DNA from: Bugula neritina
Taxonomy: Eukaryota; Animalia; Bryozoa
Length of the DNA: 64,000 bases
Reading direction: 5' to 3'
NCBI GenBank assembly: GCA_964035545.1
Contig: CAXIUT010000126.1
Location: forward strand, 62,001 to 126,000
Notes under the pieces: model-generated
Databases searched by the model: none
What the model was told of the DNA's origin: nothing
The model's input: only the letters and a program-made list of their open reading frames with translations
Part shown: positions 13,601 through 29,400 of the stretch, piece after piece
Position numbering within the stretch: position 1 is the stretch's first letter
Layout of the letters: each line of letters begins with the position of its first letter
Position numbers and translations under genes: made by a program

Positions 13601-16600
13601 TATTTCAGTGTGTTGCAGTTCATTTCAATATGTAGCAGGGTATTTCAGTATAGTGCAGTGTATTTCAGTATGCTACAGCATATTTCAGTATGTTGCAGTA
13701 TATTGCAATGTGTCGCAGTATATTTCAGTATGTTGCAGTACGTTGCAGTATGTTTCAATATGTTACGGTGTATTTCAGCATAATGCAGTATATTTCAGTG
13801 AGTTGCAGTGTATTTCAGTGTGCTACAGCATATTTCAGTATGTTACAGTATATTGCAATGTGTCGCAGTATATTTCAGTATGTTGCAGTATTTTTCAATG
13901 TGTTACAGTATATTTCATTAGTTTACCATATACGTCGGTGTGTTGCAGTATATTTCAATGTGTTGCAGTGTATTTCAATATGTTACAGTGTATTTCAGCA
14001 TGTTGTAGTTTTTTGCAGAATATTTCAGTGTGTTGCAGTGTACTTTAGTATTTTGCAGTATTTTTCATTGTGTTACAGTATATTTCGGTATATTACCGTA
14101 TATTTAGGTATGTTTCAGTATATTTCAATCTGTTGCAGTGTATTTCAATATGTTGTAGTATGTTGCAGTGTATTTCAGTATGTTACAGTGTATTTCAGTA
14201 TGTTGCAGTATATTTCAGTATGTTACAGTGTATTTCAGTATGTTGCAGTATATTTCAGTGTGTTACAGTGTATTTCAGTATGTTGTAGTATATTTCAGTG
14301 TGTTACAGTATATTTCAGTATGTTGCAGTATTTTTCAATGTGTTGCAGTGTATTTCAATATGTTACAGCGTATTTCAGTATGTTGCAGTGTATTTCAGTA
14401 TGTAGCAGGGTATTTCAGTATGTTGCAGTGCATTTCAGTATGCTACAGCATATTTCTGTATGTTGCAGTATATTGCAATGTGTCGCAGTATATTTCAGTA
14501 TGTTGCTGTATATTTCAATGTGTTACAGTATATTTCAGTAGTTTACCATACATTTCGGTACGTTGCAGTATATTTCAATGTGTTGCAGTGTATTTCAATA
14601 TGTTACAGTGTATTTCAGTATGTTGTAGTATTTTGCCGCGTATTTCAGTATGTTGCAGTATCTTGCAGTGTATTTCAGTATGTTGCAGTATTTTTCAATG
14701 TGTTACCGTATATTTCAGTATATTACCATATATTTAGGTATGTTGCAGTATATTTCAATGTGTTGCAGTGTATTTCAATATGTTCTAGTAATTTGTGGTG
14801 TATTTCAGTATGTTACAGTGTATTTCAGTATGTTGCAGTATGTTTCAATATGTTACAGTGTATTTCAGTATTTTGCAGTATATTTCAGTGAGTTGCAGTG
14901 TATTTCAGTGTGCTACAGCATATTTCAGTATGTTGCAAAATATTGCAATGTGTCGCAGTATGTTGCAGTATTTTTCAATGTGTTACAGTATATTTCAGTA
15001 GTTTACCATATATTTCGGTATGTTGCAGTATATTTCAATGTGTTGCAGTGTATATCAATATGTTACAGTGTATTTGAGCATGTTGTAGTATTTTGCAGTG
15101 TATTTCAGAATGTTACAGTGTATTTCAGTATGTTGCAGTATGTTTCAATATGTTACAGTGTATTTCAGTATTTTGCAGTATATTCTAGTGAGTTGCAGTG
15201 TATTTCAGTGTGCTACAGCATATTTCAGTATGTTACAGTATATTGCAATGTGTCGCAGTGTATTTCAGTATGTTGCAGAATTTTTCAAGGTGTTACAGTA
15301 TATTTCAGTAGTTTACCATATATTTCGGTATGTTGCAGTATATTTCAATGTGTTGCAGTGTATATCAATATGTTACAGTGTATTTGAGCATGTTGTAGTA
15401 TTTTGCAGTGTATTTCAGTGTGTTGCAGTGTATTTCAGTATTTTGCAGTATTTTTCAATGTGTTACAGTGTATTTCGGTATATTACCGTATATTTAAGTA
15501 TGTCGCAGTATACTTCAGTATGTTGCCGTATGTTTCAGTGTGTTGCAGTATATTTCATTTAGTTGCAGTGTATTTCAATTTGTTCCAGTGTATGTCAGTA
15601 TAATGCAGTATGTTGCAGTGTGTTTCAGTATGTTACAGTGTATTTCAGTATGTTGCAGTATCTTGCAGTACATTTCAGTATGTTTTAGTATGTAGCAGTG
15701 TATTTCAGTATGTTGCAGTATATTTCAGTATGTTGCAGTATATTTCAGTGTGTTACTGTTTTTTCCAGTATGTTACAACACATTTCCGTATATTAAACTA
15801 TATTTCAGCGAGTTACAGTATATTTCAATGTGTTGCAGTGTATTGCAATATGTTACAGCGTATTTCGGTATGTTGCAGTGTGTTGCAGTGTAATTCAGTA
15901 TATTACATTGTATTTCAGTGTGTTGCAGTTCATTTCAATATGTAGCAGGGTATTTCAGTATAGTGCAGTGTATTTCAGTATGCTACAGCATATTTCAGTA
16001 TGTTGCAGTATATTGCAATGTGTCGCAGTATATTTCAGTATGTTGCAGTACGTTGCAGTATGTTTCAATATGTTACGGTGTATTTCAGCATGTTGCAGTA
16101 TATTTCAGTGAGTTGCAGTGTATTTCAGTGTGCTACAGCATATTTCAGTATGTTACAGTATATTGCAATGTGTCGCAGTATATTTCAGTATGTTGCAGTA
16201 TTTTTCAATGTGTTACAGTATATTTCATTAGTTCACCATCTACTTCGGTGTGTTGCAGTATATTTCAATGTGTTGCAGTGTATTTCAATATGTTACAGTG
16301 TATTTCAGCATGTTGTAGTTTTTTGCAGAATATTTCAGTGTGTTGCAGTGTACTTTAGTATTTTGCAGTATTTTTCAATGTGTTACAGTATATTTCGGTA
16401 TATTACCGTATATTTAGGTATGTTTCAGTATATTTCAATCTGTTGCAGTGTATTTCAATATGTTGTAGTATGTTGCAGTGTATTTCAGTATGTTACAGTG
16501 TATTTCAGTATGTTGCAGTATATTTCAGTATGTTACAGTGTATTTCAGTATGTTGCAGTATATTTCAGTGTGTTACAGTGTATTTCAGTATGTTGTAGTA

Positions 16601-17499
16601 TATTTCAGTGTGTTACAGTATATTTCAGTATGTTGCAGTATTTTTCAATGTGTTGCAGTGTATTTCAATATGTTACAGCGTATTTCAGTATGTTGCAGTG
16701 TATTTCAGTATGTAGCAGGGTATTTCAGTATGTTGCAGTGCATTTCAGTATGCTACAGCATATTTCGGTATGTTGCAGTATATTGCAATGTGTCGCAGTA
16801 TATTTCAGTATGTTGCTGTATATTTCAATGTGTTACAGTATATTTCAGTAGTTTATCATACATTTCGGTACGTTGCAGTATATTTCAATGTGTTGCAGTG
16901 TATTTCAATATGTTACAGTGTATTTCAGTATGTTGTAGTATTTTGCCGCGTATTTCAGTATGTTGCAGTATCTTGCAGTGTATTTCAGTATGTTGCAGTA
17001 TTTTTCAATGTGTTACCGTATATTTCAGTATATTACCATATATTTAGGTATGTTGCAGTATATTTCAATGTGTTGCAGTGTATTTCAATATGTTCTAGTA
17101 ATTTGTGGTGTATTTCAGTATGTTACAGTGTATTTCAGTATGTTGCAGTATGTTTCAATATGTTACAGTGTATTTCAGTATTTTGCAGTATATTTCAGTG
17201 AGTTGCAGTGTATTTCAGTGTGCTACAGCATATTTCAGTATGTTGCAAAATATTGCAATGTGTCGCAGTATGTTGCAGTATTTTTCAATGTGTTACCGTA
17301 TATTTCAGTATATTACCATATATTTAGGTATGTTGCAGTATATTTCAATGTGTTGCAGTGTATTTCAATATGTTCTAGTTATTTGTGGTGTATTTCAGTA
17401 TGTTACAGTGTATTTCAGCATGTTGCAGTATGTTTCAATATGTTACAGTGTATTTCAGTATTTTGCAGTATATTTCAGTGAGTTGCAGTGTATTTCAGT
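4643..17499 (+). repeat. 6410-bp tandem higher-order duplication (about 4643-11052 and 11053-17499)
   Basis: Constant 6410 offset of markers and ORFs (4870/11280, 6890/13300, 9200/15610, 10550/16960). The only differences noticed are at 7754 vs 14164 and 7372-7373 vs 13782-13783. Confidence 0.93.
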
Positions 17500-20400
17500 G
17501 TGCTACAGCATATTTCAGTATGTTGCAGTATATTGCAATGTGTCGCAGTATGTTGCAGTATTTTTCAATGTGTTACAGTATATTTCAGTAGTTTACCATA
17601 TATTTCGGTATGTTGCAGTATATTTCAATGTGTTGCAGTGTATATCAATATGTTACAGTGTATTTGAGCATGTTGTAGTATTTTGCAGTGTATTTCAGTA
17701 TGTTACAGTGTATTTCAGTATGTTGCAGTATGTTTCAATATGTTACAGTGTATTTCAGTATTTTGCAGTATATTTCAGTGAGTTGCAGTGTATTTCAGTG
17801 TGCTACAGCATATTTCAGTATGTTACAGTATATTGCAATGTGTCGCAGTGTATTTCAGTATGTTGCAGTATTTTTCAATGTGTTACAGTGTATTTCGGTA
17901 TATTACCGTATATTTAGGTATGTCGCAGTATATTTCAGTATGTTGCCGTATGTTTCAGTGTGTTGCAGTGTATTTCATTTAGTTGCAGTGTATTTCAATT
18001 TGTTCCAGTGTATGTCAGTATAATGCAGTATGTTGCAGTGTGTTTCAGTATGTTACAGTGTATTTCAGTATGTTGCAGTATCTTGCAGTACATTTCAGTA
18101 TGTTTTAGTATGTAGCAGTGTATTTCAGTATGTTGCAGTATATTTCAGTATGTTGCAGTATATTTCAGTGTGTTACTGTTTTTTCCAGTATGTTACAACA
18201 CATTTCCGTATATTAAACTATATTTCAGCGAGTTACAGTATATTTCAATGTGTTGCAGTGTATATCAATATGTTACAGTGTATTTGAGCATGTTGTAGTA
18301 TTTTGCAGTGTATTTCAGTTTGTTACAGTGTATTTCAGTAGGTTGCAGTATGTTGCAGTATGTTTCAATATGTTACAGTGTATTTCAGCATGTTGCAGTA
18401 TATTTCAGTGAGTTGCAGTGTATTTCAGTGTGCTACAGCATATTTCAGTATGTTACAGTATATTGCAATGTGTCGCAGTGTATATCAATATGTTACAGTG
18501 TATTTGAGCATGTTGTAGTATTTTGCAGTGTATTTCAGTATGTTGCAGTATCTTGCAGTGTATTTCAGTATGTTGCAGTATTTTTCAATGTGTTACCGTC
18601 TATTTCAGTATATTACCATATATTTAGGTATGTTGCAGTATATTTCAATGTGTTGCAGTGTATTTCAATATGTTCTAGTAATTTGCAGTGTGTTTCAGTA
18701 TGTTACAGTGTATTGCAGTATGTTGCAGTATGTTTCAATATGTTACAGTGTATTTCAGCATGTTGCAGTATATTTCAGTGAGTTGCAGTGTATTTCAGTG
18801 TGCTACAGCATATTTCAGTATGTTACAGTATATTGCAATGTGTCGCAGTGTATTTCAGTATGTTGCAGTATTTTTCAATGTGTTACAGTGTATTTCGGTA
18901 TATTACCGTATATTTAGGTATGTCGCAGTATATTTCAGTATGTTGCCGTATGTTTCAGTGTGTTGCAGTATATTTCATTTTGTTGCAGTGTATTTCAATT
19001 TGTTCCAGTGTATGTCAGTTTAATGCAGTATGTTGCAGTGTGTTTCAGTATGTTACAGTGTATTTCAGTATGTTGCAGTATCTTGCAGTACATTTCAGTA
19101 TGTTTTAGTATGTAGCAGTGTATTTCAGTATGTTGCAGTATATTTCAGTATGTTGCAGTATATTGCAATGTGTCGCAGTATATTTCAGTATGTTGCTGTA
19201 TATTTCAATGTGTTGCAGTATATTTCAGTATGTAGCAGTGTATTTCAGTATGTTGCAGTGTGTTGCAGTGTAATTCAGTATATTACATTGTATTTCAGTG
19301 TGTTGCAGTTCATTTCAGTATGTAGCAGGGTATTTCAGTATAGTGCAGTATATTTCAGTATGCTGCAGTATATTTCAGTGTGTTACTGTTTTTTCCAGTA
19401 TGTTACAACACATTTCCGTATATTACACTATATTTCAGCGAGTTACAGTATATTTCAATGTGTTGCAGTGTATTGCAATATGTTACAGCGTATTTCGGTA
19501 TGTTGCAGTGTGTTGCAGTGTAATTCAGTATATTACATTGTATTTCAGTGTGTAGCAGTTCATTTCAATATGTAGCAGGGTATTTCAGTATAGTGCAGTG
19601 TATTTCAGTATGCTACAGCATATTTCAGTTTGTTGCAGTATATTGCAATGTGTCGCAGTATATTTCAGTATGTTGCTGTATATTTCAATGTGTTGCAGTA
19701 TATTTCAGTATGTAGCAGTGTATTTCAGTATGTTGCAGTATATTTCAGTGAGTTGCAGTAAATTCCAGTGTGCTACAACATATTTCAGTGTGTTACAGTA
19801 TATTGCAATGTGTCTCAGTATATTTCAGTATGTTGCAGTATTGTTCAATGTGTTACAGTATATTTCAGTAGTTTACCATACATTTCAGGACGTCGCAGTA
19901 TATTTCAATGTGTTGCAGTGTATTTCAATATGTTACAGTGTATTTCAGTATGTTGTAGTATTATGCGGCGTATTTCAGTATGTGGCAGTATCTTGCAGTA
20001 TATTTCAGCATGTTGCAGTTATTTTCAATGTGTTACAGTATGTTTCAGTATATTACCGTATATTTAGGTATGTTGCAGTATATTTCAATGTGTTGCAGTG
20101 TATTTCAATATGTTCTAGTGTTTTGCAGTGTATTTCAGTTTGTTACAGTGTATTTCAGTATGTTGCAGTATGTTGCAGTATGTTTCAATATGTTACAGTG
20201 TATTTCAGCATGTTGCAGTATATTTCAGTGAGTTGCAGTAAATTCCAGTGTGCTACAACATATTTCAGTGTGTTACAGTATATTGCAATGTGTCGCAGTA
20301 TATTTCAGTATGTTGCAGTATTGTTCAATGTGTTACAGTATATTTCAGTAGTTTACCATACATTTCAGGACGTCGCAGTATATTTCAATGTGTTGCAGTG

Positions 20401-23400
20401 TATTTCAATATGTTACAGTGTATTTCAGTATGTTGTAGTATTATGCGGCGTATTTCAGTATGTTGCAGTATCTTGCAGTATATTTCAGCATGTTGCAGTT
20501 ATTTTCAATGTGTTACAGTATGTTTCAGTATATTACCGTATATTTAGGTATGTTGCAGTATATTTCAATGTGTTGCAGTGTATTTCAATATGTTCTAGTG
20601 TTTTGCAGTGTATTTCAGTTTGTTACAGTGTATTTCAGTATGTTGCAGTATGTTGCAGTATGTTTCAATATGTTACAGTGTATTTCAGCATGTTGCAGTA
20701 TATTTCAGTGAGTTGCAGTGTATTTCAGTGTGCTACAGCATATTTCAGTATGTTACAGTATATTGCAATGTGTCGCAGTATATTTCAGTAGGTTGCAGTA
20801 TTTTTCAATGTGTTACAGTATATTTCATTAGTTTACCATATATTTCGGTGTGTTGCAGTATATTTCAATGTGTTGCAGTGTATTTCAATATGTTACAGTG
20901 TATGTCAGCATGTTGTAGTTTTTTGCAGAATATTTCAGTGTGTTGCAGTGTACTTCAGTATTTTGCAGTATTTTTCAATGTGTTACAGTATATTTCGGTA
21001 TATTACCGTATATTTAGGTATGTTTCAGTATATTTCAATCTGTTGCAGTGTATTTCAATATGTTGTAGTATGTTGCAGTGTATTTCAGTATGTTACAGTG
21101 TATTTCAGTATGTTGCAGTATATTTCAGTATGTTACAGTGTATTTCAGTATGTTGCAGTATATTTCAGTGTGTTACAGTGTATTTCAGTATGTTGTAGTA
21201 TATTTCAGTGTGTCACAGTATATTTCAGTATGTTGCAGTATTTTTCAATGTGTTGCAGTGTGTTTCAATATGTTACAGCGTATTTCAGTATGTTGCAGTG
21301 TATTTCAGTATGTAGCAGGGTATTTCAGTATGTTGCAGTGCATTTCAGTATGCTACAGCATATTTCAGTATGTTGCAGTATATTGCAATGTGTCGCAGTA
21401 TATTTCAGTATGTTGCTGTATATTTCAATGTGTTACAGTATATTTCAGTAGTTTACCATACATTTCGGTACGTTGCAGTATATTTCAATGTGTTGCAGTG
21501 TATTTCAATATGTTACAGTGTATTTCAGTATGTTGTAGTATTTTGCCTCGTATTTCAGTAATTTGCAGTATCTTGCAGTGTATTTCAGTATGTTGCAGTA
21601 TTTTTCAATGTGTTACCGTATATTTCAGTATATTACCATATATTTAGGTATGTTGCAGTATATTTCAATGTGTTGCAGTGTATTTCAATATGTTCTAGTA
21701 ATTTGTGGTGTATTTCAGTATGTTACAGTGTACTTCAGTATGTTGCAGTATGTTTCAATGTGTTACAGTGTATTTCAGTATTTTGCAGTATATTTCAGTG
21801 AGTTGCAGTGTATTTCAGTGTGCTACAGCATATTTCAGTATGTTGCAGTATATTGCAATGTGTCGCAGTATGTTGCAGTATTTTTCAATGTGTTACAGTA
21901 TATTTCAGTAGTTTACCATATATTTCGGTATGTTGCAGTATATTTCAATGTGTTGCAGTGTATATCAATATGTTACAGTGTATTTGAGCATGTTGTAGTA
22001 TTTTGCAGTGTATTTCAGTATGTTACAGTGTATTTCAGTATGTTGCAGTATGTTTCAATATGTTACAGTGTATTTCAGTATTTTGCAGTATATTTCAGTG
22101 AGTTGCAGTGTATTTCAGTGTGCTACAGCATATTTCAGTATGTTACAGTATATTGCAATGTGTCGCAGTGTATTTCAGTACGTTGCAGTATTTTTCAAGG
22201 TGTTACAGTATATTTCAGTAGTTTACCATATATTTCGGTATGTTGCAGTATATTTCAATGTGTTGCAGTGTATATCAATATGTTACAGTGTATTTGAGCA
22301 TGTTGTAGTATTTTGCAGTGTATTTCAGTGTGTTGCAGTGTATTTCAGTATTTTGCAGTATTTTTCAATGTGTTACAGTGTATTTCGGTATATTACCGTA
22401 TATTTAAGTATGTCGCAGTATACTTCAGTATGTTGCCGTATGTTTCAGTGTGTTGCAGTATATTTCATTTAGTTGCAGTGTATTTCAATTTGTTCCAGTG
22501 TATGTCAGTATAATGCAGTATGTTGCAGTGTGTTTCAGTATGTTACAGTGTATTTCAGTATGTTGCAGTATCTTGCAGTACATTTCAGTATGTTTTAGTA
22601 TGTAGCAGTGTATTTCAGTATGTTGCAGTATATTTCAGTATGTTGCAGTATATTTCAGTGTGTTACTGTTTTTTCCAGTATGTTACAACACATTTCCGTA
22701 TATTAAACTATATTTCAGCGAGTTACAGTATATTTCAATGTGTTGCAGTGTATTGCAATATGTTACAGCGTATTTCGGTATGTTGCAGTGTGTTGCAGTG
22801 TAATTCAGTATATTACATTGTATTTCAGTGTGTTGCAGTTCATTTCAATATGTAGCAGGGTATTTCAGTATAGTGCAGTGTATTTCAGTATGCTACAGCA
22901 TATTTCAGTATGTTGCAGTATATTGCAATGTGTCGCAGTATATTTCAGTATGTTGCAGTACGTTGCAGTATGTTTCAATATGTTACGGTGTATTTCAGCA
23001 TGTTGCAGTATATTTCAGTGAGTTGCAGTGTATTTCAGTGTGCTACAGCATATTTCAGTATGTTACAGTATATTGCAATGTGTCGCAGTATATTTCAGTA
23101 TGTTGCAGTATTTTTCAATGTGTTACAGTATATTTCATTAGTTTACCATATACGTCGGTGTGTTGCAGTATATTTCAATGTGTTGCAGTGTATTTCAATA
23201 TGTTACAGTGTATTTCAGCATGTTGTAGTTTTTTGCAGAATATTTCAGTGTGTTGCAGTGTACTTTAGTATTTTGCAGTATTTTTCATTGTGTTACAGTA
23301 TATTTCGGTATATTACCGTATATTTAGGTATGTTTCAGTATATTTCAATCTGTTGCAGTGTATTTCAATATGTTGTAGTATGTTGCAGTGTATTTCAGTA

Positions 23401-26400
23401 TGTTACAGTGTATTTCAGTATGTTGCAGTATATTTCAGTATGTTACAGTGTATTTCAGTATGTTGCAGTATATTTCAGTGTGTTACAGTGTATTTCAGTA
23501 TGTTGTAGTATATTTCAGTGTGTTACAGTATATTTCAGTATGTTGCAGTATTTTTCAATGTGTTGCAGTGTATTTCAATATGTTACAGCGTATTTCAGTA
23601 TGTTGCAGTGTATTTCAGTATGTAGCAGGGTATTTCAGTATGTTGCAGTGCATTTCAGTATGCTACAGCATATTTCTGTATGTTGCAGTATATTGCAATG
23701 TGTCGCAGTATATTTCAGTATGTTGCTGTATATTTCAATGTGTTACAGTATATTTCAGTAGTTTACCATACATTTCGGTACGTTGCAGTATATTTCAATG
23801 TGTTGCAGTGTATTTCAATATGTTACAGTGTATTTCAGTATGTTGTAGTATTTTGCCGCGTATTTCAGTATGTTGCAGTATCTTGCAGTGTATTTCAGTA
23901 TGTTGCAGTATTTTTCAATGTGTTACCGTATATTTCAGTATATTACCATATATTTAGGTATGTTGCAGTATATTTCAATGTGTTGCAGTGTATTTCAATA
24001 TGTTCTAGTAATTTGTGGTGTATTTCAGTATGTTACAGTGTATTTCAGTATGTTGCAGTATGTTTCAATATGTTACAGTGTATTTCAGTATTTTGCAGTA
24101 TATTTCAGTGAGTTGCAGTGTATTTCAGTGTGCTACAGCATATTTCAGTATGTTGCAAAATATTGCAATGTGTCGCAGTATGTTGCAGTATTTTTCAATG
24201 TGTTACAGTATATTTCAGTAGTTTACCATATATTTCGGTATGTTGCAGTATATTTCAATGTGTTGCAGTGTATATCAATATGTTACAGTGTATTTGAGCA
24301 TGTTGTAGTATTTTGCAGTGTATTTCAGAATGTTACAGTGTATTTCAGTATGTTGCAGTATGTTTCAATATGTTACAGTGTATTTCAGTATTTTGCAGTA
24401 TATTCTAGTGAGTTGCAGTGTATTTCAGTGTGCTACAGCATATTTCAGTATGTTACAGTATATTGCAATGTGTCGCAGTGTATTTCAGTATGTTGCAGAA
24501 TTTTTCAAGGTGTTACAGTATATTTCAGTAGTTTACCATATATTTCGGTATGTTGCAGTATATTTCAATGTGTTGCAGTGTATATCAATATGTTACAGTG
24601 TATTTGAGCATGTTGTAGTATTTTGCAGTGTATTTCAGTGTGTTGCAGTGTATTTCAGTATTTTGCAGTATTTTTCAATGTGTTACAGTGTATTTCGGTA
24701 TATTACCGTATATTTAAGTATGTCGCAGTATACTTCAGTATGTTGCCGTATGTTTCAGTGTGTTGCAGTATATTTCATTTAGTTGCAGTGTATTTCAATT
24801 TGTTCCAGTGTATGTCAGTATAATGCAGTATGTTGCAGTGTGTTTCAGTATGTTACAGTGTATTTCAGTATGTTGCAGTATCTTGCAGTACATTTCAGTA
24901 TGTTTTAGTATGTAGCAGTGTATTTCAGTATGTTGCAGTATATTTCAGTATGTTGCAGTATATTTCAGTGTGTTACTGTTTTTTCCAGTATGTTACAACA
25001 CATTTCCGTATATTAAACTATATTTCAGCGAGTTACAGTATATTTCAATGTGTTGCAGTGTATTGCAATATGTTACAGCGTATTTCGGTATGTTGCAGTG
25101 TGTTGCAGTGTAATTCAGTATATTACATTGTATTTCAGTGTGTTGCAGTTCATTTCAATATGTAGCAGGGTATTTCAGTATAGTGCAGTGTATTTCAGTA
25201 TGCTACAGCATATTTCAGTATGTTGCAGTATATTGCAATGTGTCGCAGTATATTTCAGTATGTTGCAGTACGTTGCAGTATGTTTCAATATGTTACGGTG
25301 TATTTCAGCATGTTGCAGTATATTTCAGTGAGTTGCAGTGTATTTCAGTGTGCTACAGCATATTTCAGTATGTTACAGTATATTGCAATGTGTCGCAGTA
25401 TATTTCAGTATGTTGCAGTATTTTTCAATGTGTTACAGTATATTTCATTAGTTCACCATCTACTTCGGTGTGTTGCAGTATATTTCAATGTGTTGCAGTG
25501 TATTTCAATATGTTACAGTGTATTTCAGCATGTTGTAGTTTTTTGCAGAATATTTCAGTGTGTTGCAGTGTACTTTAGTATTTTGCAGTATTTTTCAATG
25601 TGTTACAGTATATTTCGGTATATTACCGTATATTTAGGTATGTTTCAGTATATTTCAATCTGTTGCAGTGTATTTCAATATGTTGTAGTATGTTGCAGTG
25701 TATTTCAGTATGTTACAGTGTATTTCAGTATGTTGCAGTATATTTCAGTATGTTACAGTGTATTTCAGTATGTTGCAGTATATTTCAGTGTGTTACAGTG
25801 TATTTCAGTATGTTGTAGTATATTTCAGTGTGTTACAGTATATTTCAGTATGTTGCAGTATTTTTCAATGTGTTGCAGTGTATTTCAATATGTTACAGCG
25901 TATTTCAGTATGTTGCAGTGTATTTCAGTATGTAGCAGGGTATTTCAGTATGTTGCAGTGCATTTCAGTATGCTACAGCATATTTCGGTATGTTGCAGTA
26001 TATTGCAATGTGTCGCAGTATATTTCAGTATGTTGCTGTATATTTCAATGTGTTACAGTATATTTCAGTAGTTTATCATACATTTCGGTACGTTGCAGTA
26101 TATTTCAATGTGTTGCAGTGTATTTCAATATGTTACAGTGTATTTCAGTATGTTGTAGTATTTTGCCGCGTATTTCAGTATGTTGCAGTATCTTGCAGTG
26201 TATTTCAGTATGTTGCAGTATTTTTCAATGTGTTACCGTATATTTCAGTATATTACCATATATTTAGGTATGTTGCAGTATATTTCAATGTGTTGCAGTG
26301 TATTTCAATATGTTCTAGTAATTTGTGGTGTATTTCAGTATGTTACAGTGTATTTCAGTATGTTGCAGTATGTTTCAATATGTTACAGTGTATTTCAGTA

Positions 26401-29400
26401 TTTTGCAGTATATTTCAGTGAGTTGCAGTGTATTTCAGTGTGCTACAGCATATTTCAGTATGTTGCAAAATATTGCAATGTGTCGCAGTATGTTGCAGTA
26501 TTTTTCAATGTGTTACCGTATATTTCAGTATATTACCATATATTTAGGTATGTTGCAGTATATTTCAATGTGTTGCAGTGTATTTCAATATGTTCTAGTT
26601 ATTTGTGGTGTATTTCAGTATGTTACAGTGTATTTCAGCATGTTGCAGTATGTTTCAATATGTTACAGTGTATTTCAGTATTTTGCAGTATATTTCAGTG
26701 AGTTGCAGTGTATTTCAGTGTGCTACAGCATATTTCAGTATGTTGCAGTATATTGCAATGTGTCGCAGTATGTTGCAGTATTTTTCAATGTGTTACAGTA
26801 TATTTCAGTAGTTTACCATATATTTCGGTATGTTGCAGTATATTTCAATGTGTTGCAGTGTATATCAATATGTTACAGTGTATTTGAGCATGTTGTAGTA
26901 TTTTGCAGTGTATTTCAGTATGTTACAGTGTATTTCAGTATGTTGCAGTATGTTTCAATATGTTACAGTGTATTTCAGTATTTTGCAGTATATTTCAGTG
27001 AGTTGCAGTGTATTTCAGTGTGCTACAGCATATTTCAGTATGTTACAGTATATTGCAATGTGTCGCAGTGTATTTCAGTATGTTGCAGTATTTTTCAATG
27101 TGTTACAGTGTATTTCGGTATATTACCGTATATTTAGGTATGTCGCAGTATATTTCAGTATGTTGCCGTATGTTTCAGTGTGTTGCAGTGTATTTCATTT
27201 AGTTGCAGTGTATTTCAATTTGTTCCAGTGTATGTCAGTATAATGCAGTATGTTGCAGTGTGTTTCAGTATGTTACAGTGTATTTCAGTATGTTGCAGTA
27301 TCTTGCAGTACATTTCAGTATGTTTTAGTATGTAGCAGTGTATTTCAGTATGTTGCAGTATATTTCAGTATGTTGCAGTATATTTCAGTGTGTTACTGTT
27401 TTTTCCAGTATGTTACAACACATTTCCGTATATTAAACTATATTTCAGCGAGTTACAGTATATTTCAATGTGTTGCAGTGTATATCAATATGTTACAGTG
27501 TATTTGAGCATGTTGTAGTATTTTGCAGTGTATTTCAGTTTGTTACAGTGTATTTCAGTAGGTTGCAGTATGTTGCAGTATGTTTCAATATGTTACAGTG
27601 TATTTCAGCATGTTGCAGTATATTTCAGTGAGTTGCAGTGTATTTCAGTGTGCTACAGCATATTTCAGTATGTTACAGTATATTGCAATGTGTCGCAGTG
27701 TATATCAATATGTTACAGTGTATTTGAGCATGTTGTAGTATTTTGCAGTGTATTTCAGTATGTTGCAGTATCTTGCAGTGTATTTCAGTATGTTGCAGTA
27801 TTTTTCAATGTGTTACCGTCTATTTCAGTATATTACCATATATTTAGGTATGTTGCAGTATATTTCAATGTGTTGCAGTGTATTTCAATATGTTCTAGTA
27901 ATTTGCAGTGTGTTTCAGTATGTTACAGTGTATTGCAGTATGTTGCAGTATGTTTCAATATGTTACAGTGTATTTCAGCATGTTGCAGTATATTTCAGTG
28001 AGTTGCAGTGTATTTCAGTGTGCTACAGCATATTTCAGTATGTTACAGTATATTGCAATGTGTCGCAGTGTATTTCAGTATGTTGCAGTATTTTTCAATG
28101 TGTTACAGTGTATTTCGGTATATTACCGTATATTTAGGTATGTCGCAGTATATTTCAGTATGTTGCCGTATGTTTCAGTGTGTTGCAGTATATTTCATTT
28201 TGTTGCAGTGTATTTCAATTTGTTCCAGTGTATGTCAGTTTAATGCAGTATGTTGCAGTGTGTTTCAGTATGTTACAGTGTATTTCAGTATGTTGCAGTA
28301 TCTTGCAGTACATTTCAGTATGTTTTAGTATGTAGCAGTGTATTTCAGTATGTTGCAGTATATTTCAGTATGTTGCAGTATATTGCAATGTGTCGCAGTA
28401 TATTTCAGTATGTTGCTGTATATTTCAATGTGTTGCAGTATATTTCAGTATGTAGCAGTGTATTTCAGTATGTTGCAGTGTGTTGCAGTGTAATTCAGTA
28501 TATTACATTGTATTTCAGTGTGTTGCAGTTCATTTCAGTATGTAGCAGGGTATTTCAGTATAGTGCAGTATATTTCAGTATGCTGCAGTATATTTCAGTG
28601 TGTTACTGTTTTTTCCAGTATGTTACAACACATTTCCGTATATTACACTATATTTCAGCGAGTTACAGTATATTTCAATGTGTTGCAGTGTATTGCAATA
28701 TGTTACAGCGTATTTCGGTATGTTGCAGTGTGTTGCAGTGTAATTCAGTATATTACATTGTATTTCAGTGTGTAGCAGTTCATTTCAATATGTAGCAGGG
28801 TATTTCAGTATAGTGCAGTGTATTTCAGTATGCTACAGCATATTTCAGTTTGTTGCAGTATATTGCAATGTGTCGCAGTATATTTCAGTATGTTGCTGTA
28901 TATTTCAATGTGTTGCAGTATATTTCAGTATGTAGCAGTGTATTTCAGTATGTTGCAGTATATTTCAGTGAGTTGCAGTAAATTCCAGTGTGCTACAACA
29001 TATTTCAGTGTGTTACAGTATATTGCAATGTGTCTCAGTATATTTCAGTATGTTGCAGTATTGTTCAATGTGTTACAGTATATTTCAGTAGTTTACCATA
29101 CATTTCAGGACGTCGCAGTATATTTCAATGTGTTGCAGTGTATTTCAATATGTTACAGTGTATTTCAGTATGTTGTAGTATTATGCGGCGTATTTCAGTA
29201 TGTGGCAGTATCTTGCAGTATATTTCAGCATGTTGCAGTTATTTTCAATGTGTTACAGTATGTTTCAGTATATTACCGTATATTTAGGTATGTTGCAGTA
29301 TATTTCAATGTGTTGCAGTGTATTTCAATATGTTCTAGTGTTTTGCAGTGTATTTCAGTTTGTTACAGTGTATTTCAGTATGTTGCAGTATGTTGCAGTA

